Source: Spongospora subterranea f. sp. subterranea (taxonomy: Eukaryota). Taken from it: a stretch of 20,000 nt of DNA. A program made the translations under genes and the position numbers. The stretch spans positions 60,161-80,160 of the forward strand of contig JAUGWO010000010.1 of the NCBI GenBank assembly GCA_049724395.1. Direction: 5' to 3'. Shown here piece after piece: positions 9,705 to 19,132 of the stretch (the first letter of the stretch is position 1; the number at the start of each line of letters is the position of its first letter). The notes beneath the pieces are model-generated. The model made no database searches, was not told where the DNA came from, and saw nothing but the letters and a program-made list of their open reading frames with translations.

Positions 9705-10822
9705 TTAATAAGGCATAAACTGAGATTCATGTTGCGACGACAATAGCGTAACCTGTTTGCGAAGCCAGATATCCCTGGCAGAACCTTTTCGCATTAAACT
9801 GAAGTTTAATGCCTTTACTTCATTTCCATCACTTCGTACGCACTGGCCAGCTCTTCATCGGTGAAGAGATCAGCGTAGTCCAGCTCCAATACTTGAATGG
9901 CGCGCTCCAGTGAGGGAGTGGGTTTGCTAGCTGGCATGGGAGCACGAGATTCAGCAAACTTCGCCAACGCGTCTGCGATTGCCCACGCTGGACTGTTTCT
10001 TCCTCGGGGAGTGGTAGACACCGGGCGAGCTGCCACAGCTCCGCCTCCATTGGGAGTGAACTCGTTCGAACGTGGTCTGGCACCACTTTTCCTACGCTTG
10101 GGCGCTTTGTTGTGATCAGAGCTGCTTGAGGACTGGTAATCATCCTCGCATATCGAGTCAGCTATAACCGAGAGGCTGGAACGAGGAGGACCTAAAATTA
10201 CCTCTCTGGAAACTGGGGACACATGGACATTTGATTCGATGGCGAACTCGCCTGTGGCAGCAGTCCCCTCAAATAAAATGTCGGCAGCTGAAAACAAAAC
10301 CCATGGATTTTCCCTAAAAATCGCATTTTTGGGTTTGACCTAACAACACAATCACCATCGTATTACAATTAATATAGAGCAGGATCAGAAATCAATTGAC
10401 CTCAATCAGCTCGTCCCATGTTTGATCAGGTGCAGTTGGAAGTTGACGCTGTTCGTCCCATCCAAACCCGCTGTTATTCTTCAACTGTTTCAGCAGTTTC
10501 CAATTGCTTTTGAGCTGTCAATTAATGGGAACCTGATTCCAGACTATGATCATAGCGTCCTGTGCATACCTCGTTCAGTTGTGATTTCAATTGACGGGAT
10601 TCATAAACAGTGGCGAATTCCTTATTGAATGCCAAGGTAAACAGCATGCCATGATTGCTTGTTGTACCCGTTTTCCGATTTTCCACACTTGACAACCTGC
10701 ACTCAATGAGAGAGTGTTGAAAATTTAAAAATCCAACTCGCCTCATCACTCATTAGCTCCATTAGACGTTGTTGCTTTTCCACCGTCCATTTAGCTCGTG
10801 CTTCTGATTTGGCAGCCACCAT
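9705..10822 (-). pseudogene. Harbinger Myb/SANT-like gene, inverted copy with small frameshifts
   Basis: Reverse complement of 17814-18931 with 1-bp indels near 9822 and 10640 and a divergent patch near 10190-10222. Confidence 0.85.
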
Positions 10823-10940
10823 ATTAAGAAATAGGAGTAGGTAGTTATAGAGGGTGCTGCTCTATGGTACCTACAGTTGATGCAATGCGGACCTTTTGAT
10901 CGGGATGCTGCCAAACGCACGGGGAAACAGCAAATTGAAA

Positions 10941-11052
10941 CTTTGCAAAATTTTACCTAATTTTGCAAACTAAGAATTTTGCAAAATTTTACCAGAATTT
11001 TGCAAACTAAGAATTTTGCAAAATTGCGGACCCGTGGCATCCAAACGGGACC
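10941..11052 (-). repeat. Harbinger TIR and TTTGCAAA subterminal array (inverted)
   Basis: Ends GCATCCAAACGGGACC|TAA and contains five TTTGCAAA motifs. Confidence 0.85.
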
Positions 11053-11184
11053 TAAGAGTCAAATAGTCAGACCACATCAAGTCTGCAATTCTCTTTCGCC
11101 AGATCTTTACGGCTGAATCACCTCGGCCGTCAGACGCCTGGTGGGTGTTCGCCATCCCATCTGACGCCTCCGTCTGCTGTTCTT
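11053..11184 (-). pseudogene. Harbinger transposase tail fragment (mirror of 17454-17585)
   Basis: Nearly identical to 9523-9654. Confidence 0.7.
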
Positions 11185-11493
11185 TGAGCAGCCTTCAGCT
11201 AGCTCAATCAATCTGTTTAGAAGGTGTTAATCGATAGCTTTTTGCCTTCTGAACAATATGACACCTCGATTGTGTCTTTAACTTGAATAGCGGCTGCGCC
11301 GATAGAGTCCAAAGTTTGTATGTAAGAGAACATTTTTGAAATTTATATGGTGGAAAATCAAAATGCTCACAAAGTGCGTTCGCACATATTGCCGCATATT
11401 CTTACACACCGTGGCGCAAATTGTGACCCCGAGGATCGCAAATTTTACTGCGCAGTCCGGACTCAAAACTTGAAAATCATCAAACTGCTGACA

Positions 11494-13584
11494 ATGGCTC
11501 CCAAGAACTCTTTATGATGGAAGCATCAGCTAGCCGATTGTGCTTGAATTTGATAAATATCCAGAATCTAAAACGCATTCTGCGACTATTGACGATAAGG
11601 AAGTTTGTCTTTGAAGGCATCAGTCGTCTGACAACGAAAGCTACGTTATTTGCGATGATGACGATATGACGTAGCTACGTTGATGCTAACAGCAGTTGAT
11701 CAACGTTAGTTTGGATAAATGGTGCTGGATGTCTCGCTCGTGTTATTCCGGTGATAGCGATACCACTCGGTGGCGGCGACAAAAAGAGCGTCAAGCTCGT
11801 ATCAACTCAGTCGCAAACGTCCCTAAAATTACCAATTGGTTCAAACCGAGAAGTGCAACAGCTGAAATTGTCGCCGAAGTTTTTGAAGCGGAATCTCCGG
11901 AAGCAGTGGACGAGACTTTCATAGACATACGAACCGCATTACAACTGTTATCCCGCCTCACATCTGACGAAGAACATCAAAGACGAAAAGCGGCTGGGCC
12001 CACGTGACCAAATATGATCTCCTTAGGTATCAAAGCATCGAGAAATACTTATAGGACTTATCAAGGACTCGGCCGAGAACAATAAGCATCGTTCCGAATG
12101 ACAAATGTGAACAACGCAAGTTTGCATCAGAGTGATCAAACCCCTGGAGTCATCGGAATAGAACTATCAGAAAATGGGCGGAATATTTTTAGAAAGGCCC
12201 AGAGATTGCCCGACCATAGCCAAGGTTTGCACTTCAAGGTAAAATCGTTTATTCACGAGAAGAAGACGTTGTCATTAACTGTCGAGGTTGGCTTCGATCT
12301 CAAAGGCACGATTTGATCTCAGCGCTTTCATTCTCAAAATGGGTTCAGGAGTCACTTCATTTACAACTGGGGTTGCCGCGCCCGATCATATCTCTGAACG
12401 AACTGCGTCGAGATGGAATATGCACTTGGCAAAATATGGCATCAGCTTTACCAGCTGGGGTTGTATCAAGATGGGCCACGAAAGGGCAGACGTTGTGTCA
12501 TATCGACAAGATTTTTCGGCGCATTTCGCAATACGATGAACGAAACCTCCAAGTTCATGGGGACTACTTGGAAGGTGAAACCATTAGCTGACATTCCAGA
12601 CCCTTAAGGTGCTGATCTTGTGACTCACATCAATCCCATATACATTCTGCTGTCAAAACAACAAATCTGGGACGTCTGCGTTTCGTTGTTGTGTGTGCCT
12701 GAGGGGTCGTCCAAGTCTTTGATGGTTTTGCGGAAGTTCTTTTAATGACCATGGTGCAAGCTCTTATTCGCCACAACTACATTTCAAGCATTGCATTCTC
12801 TAATACAAGCGCAGCAAAACCAAAGGAATTATTTCGAGCCTGAAGAACAACGACCATTCAACCATATCTGTTTTGGTAACCAGGTTGAAAAATTAAGGAA
12901 TCTTCCGAGATTTATTCAACGTAAACATAGCGTTATGCCCGTAAGCTATAGGTTGAATCAAAAGCCATATTTCTTCGGACCTCCGAATGACCTTGCTTCG
13001 TCGCATGCTAATTGTTCCAAGGTGACACCAGAGCATCAGACAAGAAGCAGCACGCTGCCATGCGTTTGATATCATCTGGTGCCAAAACAATTCAAAAGAC
13101 GCAGACCAAGACGGTATTACAAAAAGGGCGGCAACGATCAATTTTGAAAGAACGTGAGCTTATGCGTTAACACTATGTCTTTGAAAGGAATCATTGTGAA
13201 ATTCTGCAGTCTCAACCTGAAGCCAACAACAGAAGCAATGTTGAATGAGGTCGCGAGTAAACGATGGATTTATTGTTGAAACCTATCCTAAGTTCCATTG
13301 TGAATTCAACTTCATAGAAATGTGTTGGGCCGCGTGTAAGAGCTACAGTACGAAGAAACTGTACTTATTCCTTCAAGGACTTGAAATGCGTTGTTCTCCC
13401 TGGCACTTCAGGCAGTGAAAGTGTCCAAGATTCGTCGGTTTGCACGCAAATGCTTCAGATACATGGACTCCTATGCGTTAATTCATGATGGCAACAGACT
13501 TGTCATGCGCCAAGTAGAGTATCTGTCAAAGTTTATAAGCGTCATAGAAGCCCTTGCCCAGTTCGCATAATAAACGATCTTTGA
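11494..13584 (+). pseudogene. Heavily indel-damaged mirror copy of the DDE transposase at 15106-17144
   Basis: Shared blocks include RSCYSGDSDTTRWRRQK, RLPDHSQGLHFKVKSF, GHERADVVSYRQDF and [12 protein letters not shown]. Similarity is worst at about 12600-13100. Confidence 0.85.
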
Positions 13585-13744
13585 TTTAGGGCAAAACAGG
13601 TAAGCAGTTGCCTACACGCCGTTTCTGCATATTTTTGCGTAGGAAGTTTCTGCTATTTCCAATTTGAAATGACTTGGTGTCTAAAATGAGAGCCGTACTG
13701 TCCAGGTCAAAACCGCAAATAAGAATTTTCAAAATTGCCAAAGA

Positions 13745-13767
13745 TTCCGTGGCATCCAAACGGGACC
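13745..13767 (-). repeat. Harbinger TIR (mirror of 14925)
   Basis: CCGTGGCATCCAAACGGGACC followed by TTA. Confidence 0.8.
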
Positions 13768-14322
13768 TTAACAAAAATCTTGACTGGTCTAGAACTGATA
13801 ATAGGTGATGAAAGCAGACACTCTTCACTTTATGCTTTGGTGGGTTCAGCGTGCTGTAATGGCGTATGTTTTCGTCTCTTTCAATCGGTGGAATATCGTT
13901 GTGGGCAATGGTCAATGCGGCCGCACCTTTTGCACTGTCGAAATTAATTTTCTTTTTCCAACAGTTCCTTTTCTTCTAGGGCAAACAGTCGTTGATATGC
14001 CAGCTAACGCACTGTTTGTGGTGAGACCAAATTTTCGACCATTCTCAATTACATCATATTCGTCTGTAATTTGCTTGATCGAATCCAATGAAAAATGAAC
14101 GCTTCGTCTTGACAAGATCTACCGTAATTTTTTGACGAGCACTATCTTTCAATTCAATTCGCAGGAGGTACTTTAACAGCAAGAGGGGTCCAGTTCCATA
14201 CGGACCGCCCGGTTTAAGACCACAATCGCTACTAGTAAGAGAACAGTTTTCGATAATATTGGAAATGCTCGCTTGAAAAATCTTGCTCACGCAATGGTAT
14301 ACTATCAACGCATCATTCTCCC

Positions 14323-14495
14323 CACACCGTGGCGCAAATTGTGACCCCGAGGATCGCAAATTTTAGCATCAACGGACTACTTGTCATCATCAAACTGCTG
14401 ACAATGGCTCCCAAGTTCTCTCGACTGAACTAGCTAGCCAAAAGCTAGAAATATCCAGAATCTAAACGCATCCCTGCGATTATTGACGATGAGGA
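14323..14495 (+). repeat. Third, degraded copy of the 5' region of the DDE transposase element
   Basis: CACACCGTGGCGCAAATTGTGACCCCGAGGATCGCAAATTTTA...ACAATGGCTCCCAAG matches about 11405-11600. Confidence 0.75.
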
Positions 14496-14924
14496 GATTT
14501 TCAAGAGCTTTCCAACGAACTGCTCAAACTAGGGGATTGTGGTCCGGGACGTCGTATGGATGACGGTACTTTCTGGTGAGTACCCCTATAGTTGGGGTTC
14601 TATGTGATGGACGTCCATTCATCACGGATTATATATACAGGCTTTGCCGGGTACCGTAAACTGACTAAATAACAGGGGGCGGACTCTTATGTACGCTGTA
14701 TTTGCAAGATAAGAATGGAAATCGAAAATTTTCTGATGTTTATCCGGAAGCAGTGACCTTGACTTTCAACGGAATTCCACCGATTGAAAGAGGGTTCTTT
14801 CATACGCCATTCCAACACGCTGAACCCACAACTGAAAGCTGTGGATAAAGTTGAGAGAGTCCGGTTCTGCTTTCATCACCTACAAATTATCAGTTCTAGG
14901 GACCCGAGTCAAGATTTTTGTTAA

Positions 14925-14988
14925 GGTCCCGTTTGGATGCCACGGTCGTCCGAATTTTGCAAAATTCTTAGTTTGCAAAATTCTGGTA
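14925..14988 (+). repeat. Harbinger TIR and start of its subterminal array, cut by a Tc1-like insertion at TA
   Basis: TAA|GGTCCCGTTTGGATGCCACGG...TTTGCAAAATTCTGGTA|CAGTACCGGACA. Confidence 0.82.
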
Positions 14989-17453
14989 CAGTACCGGACA
15001 TCTTAACACCACAGACATTTCAAATTGGAAATAAGAAAGTGCGTACGCAGATACAATATGCGCAACGCGCAAAATATAAGTGCAACTGCACCTGTTTTTC
15101 CCAAATCAAAGATCGTTTATTATGCGAACTGGCAAGCTTCTATGACGCTTATAAACTTTGACAGCATACTCTACTTGGCGCATGGTCAGTCTGTTGCCAT
15201 CGGGACCATTAACGCGATAGGCGTCCATGTATCTGAAGCATTTGCGTGCAAACCGACGAATCTGGGACACGGTCACTGCCTGAAGTGCCAGTTTCAACAA
15301 TGCATTTCAAGTCCTTGAAGGAATAAGTACAGTTTCTTGTGTGTAGCTCTTACACGCGGCATGAATACATTTCTATGAAGTTGAATTCACAATGGAACTT
15401 AGGATAGAAATCAACAATAAATCCATCGTGACACTCAACGACCTCATTCAACCATTGCTTCTGTTGTTGAAAATCAGGTTGAGACTGCAGAATTTCACAA
15501 GATCCTTTTAAAGACATAGTGTTATCCCATAAGCTACGTTCTTTCAAAATTGAGCGGCACCCCTTTTTGGATACCTGCTTCGGTCTGCATCTTTTGAATT
15601 ATTTTGGCACCAGAGCCATCAACAAACCAACCATCTCGCTGGGGTCTTGTCTTGACTCCACCATCACTAAGATTGAGCACGCGGGCATTCAAGGCATTCG
15701 GAGGTAGAGAACGATGGTTTTGAGAATTATCGAACAGGAATAACGCGTGCGATTCGGGGTGCAGAATCTTGAAAATCGGAATGACTTTCTTTTGAAGCTG
15801 GTTAACCAAATCAGCATTGGTCCAATAACCGTCGGCGTTCTTCCCAGGCTCGTATTATGGTTACGGTTGCTGACGGTATTAGAGGATGCAATGCTTGCAG
15901 TTGTGGCGATAATCTCATTGCACCATGGCATTGACATAAGAATTCCGATACCATCAAACTCTTCCCTTCCCCTTTGGGACGTATGGGTAAATGATTTTTA
16001 TCCATCCAGATGTGTTTTTTTCCATCATGAGAACTGAAACAAGATTCATGGTGAGTCACAAGAATCAGTTGCTTAACTCCGTCTGGAATGTCAGAGAATA
16101 TTTCACCTTCCATATCGTCCCCATCGAACTTGATCATTCGTTCATCGTATTGCCTCATGCGCCGTAGAAAATCTTGTCGATATGACACAACGTCTGCCCT
16201 TTCGTGGCCATCTTGATACAACCCCTTCTGGTAACCCCCATATTTTAGTCCAAGAACATGCATCCATCTCGACGCAGTTCGTTCAGAGATAATGATCGGG
16301 CGCGGCAACCCCAGTTGTAAATGAAGTGACTCCTGAACCCATTTTGAGAATGAAAGCGCTGAGATCAAATCGTGCCTTTGAGATCGAAGCCAACCTCGAC
16401 AGTTAATGACAACGTCTTCTTCGTGAATAAACGATTTCACCTTGAAGTGCAAACCTTGGCTATGGTCGGGCAATCTCTGATTCTTTCTAAAAAATTCCGC
16501 CCATTTTCTGATAGTTCTACCGTGCCAGGTAGCACTTAAACTTGGAAATACATTTGTTGCCGATTCGGACGATGCTTTTGTTCTCGAGAGTCCTTGAACA
16601 AGTCCTATAGAGTATTTCTCGATGCTTTGATACCTAAGGAGATCATATTTGGTCACGTGGGCGAGCCGCTTTTCGTCTTGATGTTCTTCGTCACTGATGT
16701 GAGGCGGGATAACAGTTGTAATGCGGTTGGTATGTCTATGAAAGTCTCGTCCACTGCTTCCGGAGATTCCGCTTCAAAAACTTCGGCGACAATTTCAGCT
16801 GTTGCACTTCTCGGTTTGAACCAATTGGTAATTTTAGGGACGTTTGCGACTGAGTTGATACGAGCTTGACGCTCTTTTTGTCGCCGCCACCGAGTGGTAT
16901 CGCTATCACCGGAATAACACGAGCGAAGATGGGATCCAGCACCATTTATCCAAACTAACGTTGATGTGTTAGCATCAACGGCTACGTCATCGTCATCATC
17001 GCAAATAACGTAGCTTTCGTTGTCAGACGACTGATTACCTTCAAGACAAACTTCCTTATTGTCAATAGTCGCAGAGATGCGTTTTAGATTCTGGATATTT
17101 CTAGCTTCGGCTAGCTGCTTCCATCGAGAGTTCTTGGGAGCCATTGTCAGCAGTTTGATGATTTTCAAGTTTTGAGTCCGGACTGCGCAGTAAAATTTGC
17201 GATCCTCGGGGTCACAATTTGCGCCACGGTGTGTAAGAATATGCGGCAATATGTGCGAACGCACTTTGTGAGCATTTTGATTTTCCACCATATAAATTTC
17301 AAAAATGTTCTCTTACATACAAACTTTGGACTCTATCGGCGCAGCCGCTATTGAAGTTAAAGACACAATCGAGGTGTCATATTGTTCAGAAGGCAAAAAG
17401 CTATCGATTAACACCTTCTAAACAGATTGATTGAGCTAGCTGAAGGCTGCTCA
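14989..17453 (-). mobile_element. IS630/Tc1/mariner-like element; only the 3' TIR is seen
   Basis: TA|CAGTACCGGACATCTTAAC is nearly identical to the TIR at 6060 and the element contains a full transposase. No matching TIR occurs before the junction at about 17454. Confidence 0.72.
15106..17144 (-). pseudogene. Near full-length (~680 aa) IS630/Tc1-like DDE transposase with ~5 frameshifts
   Basis: MAPKNSRW..., ISERTASRWMHVLG (HTH-like), YQDGHERADVVSYRQDFL, VTHHESCF (HDES-like), [48 protein letters not shown]. Confidence 0.87.
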
Positions 17454-17585
17454 AAGAACAGCAGACGGAGGCGTCAGATGGGATGGCGAACACCCACCAG
17501 GCGTCTGACGGCCGAGGTGATTCAGCCGTAAAGATCTGGCGAAAGAGAATTGCAGACTTGATGTGGTCTGACTATTTGACTCTTA
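17454..17585 (+). pseudogene. Harbinger transposase tail fragment ending at a TTA target site
   Basis: Matches about 18981-19112 up to GACTCTTA, then switches to the TIR. Confidence 0.7.
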
Positions 17586-18945
17586 GGTCCCGTTTGGATG
17601 CCACGGGTCCGCAATTTGCAAACTCTTAGTTTGGAAAATTTGGTAAAATTTTGCAAAATTCTTAGTTTGCAAAATTCTGGTAAAATTTTGCAAAGTTTCA
17701 ATTTGCTGTTTCCCCGTGCGTTTGGCAGCATCCCGATCAAAAGGTCCGCATTGCATCAACTGTAGGTACCATAGAGCAGCACCCTCTATAACTACCTACT
17801 CCTATTTCTTAATATGGTGGCTGCCAAATCAGAAGCACGAGCTAAATGGACGGTGGAAAAGCAACAACGTCTAATGGAGCTAATGAGTGATGAGGCGAGT
17901 TGGATTTTTAAATTTTCAACACTCTCTCATTGAGTGCAGGTTGTCAAGTGTGGAAAATCGGAAAACGGGTACAAGAAGCAATCATGGCATGCTGTTACCT
18001 TGGCATTCAATAAGGAATTCGCCACTGTTTATGAATCCCGTCAATTGAAATCACAACTGAACGAGGTATGCACAGGACGCTATGATCATAGTCTGGAATC
18101 AGGTTCCCATTAATTGACAGCTCAAAAGCAATTGGAAACTGCTGAAACAGTTGAAGAATAACAGCGGGTTTGGATGGGACGAACAGCGTCAACTTCCAAC
18201 TGCACCTGATCAAACATGGGACGAGCTGATTGAGGTCAATTGATTTCTGATCCTGCTCTATATTAATTGTAATACGATGGTGATTGTGTTGTTAGGTCAA
18301 ACCCAAAAATGCGATTTTTAGGGAAAATCCATGGGTTTTGTTTTCAGCTGCCGACATTTTATTTGAGGGGACTGCTGCCACAGGCGAGTTCGCCATCGAA
18401 TCAAATGTCCATGTGCTCCCAGTTTCAGAGGGGTTTTTTCCGTACCCTCCTCGTTCCAGCCTCTCGGTTATAGCTGACTCGATATGCGAGGATGATTACC
18501 AGTCCTCAAGCAGCTCTGATCACAACAAAGCGCCCAAGCGTAGGAAAAGTGGTGCCAGACCACGTTCGAACGAGTTCACTCCCAATGGAGGCGGAGCTGT
18601 GGCAGCTCGCCCGGTGTCTACCACTCCCCGAGGAAGAAACAGTCCAGCGTGGGCAATCGCAGACGCGTTGGCGAAGTTTGCTGAATCTCGTGCTCCCATG
18701 CCAGCTAGCAAACCCACTCCCTCACTGGAGCGCGCCATTCAAGTATTGGAGCTGGACTACGCTGATCTCTTCACCGATGAAGAGCTGGCCAGTGCGTACG
18801 AAGTGATGGAAAATGAAGTAAAGGCATTAAACTTCAGTTTAATGCGAAAAGGTTCTGCCAGGGATATCTGGCTTCGCAAACAGGTTACGCTATTGTCGTC
18901 GCAACATGAATCTCAGTTTATGCCTTATTAAAAGTTGTTTTTCGA
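17586..18945 (+). mobile_element. PIF/Harbinger element, Myb-side half
   Basis: TTA|GGTCCCGTTTGGATG TIR, TTTGCAAA array and an intact Myb/SANT-like gene. Confidence 0.87.
17814..18931 (+). CDS. Harbinger-associated Myb/SANT-like DNA-binding protein, 4 exons (17814-17894, 17940-18065, 18121-18234, 18296-18931), ~318 aa
   Basis: Manual splicing gives a continuous frame: MVAAKSEARAKWTVEKQQRLMELMSDE / VVKCGKSENGYKKQSWHAV...QLKSQLNE / LKSNWKLLKQLKNNSGFGWDEQ...WDELIE / VKPKNAIFRENPW... The SGFGWD motif is typical of Myb_DNA-bind_3. Introns are 45 (GC-AG), 55 and 61 nt, all phase 0. Confidence 0.85.
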
Positions 18946-19132
18946 AAGCGGCGATGACTCGTTCGTGCAACGCTATGATCAAGAACAGCAGACGGAGGCG
19001 TCAGATGGGATGGCGAACACCCACCAGGCGTCTGACGGCCGAGGTGATTCAGCCGTAAAGATCTGGCGAAAGAGAATTGCAGACTTGATGTGGTCTGACT
19101 ATTTGACTCTTAGATCGAAAAACAACTTTTAA
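18946..19132 (+). pseudogene. 3' tail of the PIF/Harbinger transposase (hairpin spacer)
   Basis: ...KIWRKRIADLMWSDYLTLRSKNNF*; mirror of 9504-9690. Confidence 0.7.

Noticed and set aside
10941..11025. Regularly spaced short repeats as a possible CRISPR or telomeric array
   Set aside because: No unique spacers, no cas genes and no tandem telomere unit. They are subterminal motifs beside a Harbinger TIR in intron-containing eukaryotic DNA.
14530..14600. MDDGTFW followed by GTGAGT as a possible calpain-like exon
   Set aside because: The motif is too short and I could not build a convincing continuing exon.
13768..14924. Segment between two outward-facing Harbinger TIRs as captured cargo
   Set aside because: The TIRs face away from this segment and are mirror images with mirrored flanks, which the large palindrome explains.
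16640..16690. Overlapping stop and GTG start as translational coupling or programmed frameshift
   Set aside because: The mirror copy has an extra A at about 11981 that fuses the frames, so a simple 1-bp indel explains it.
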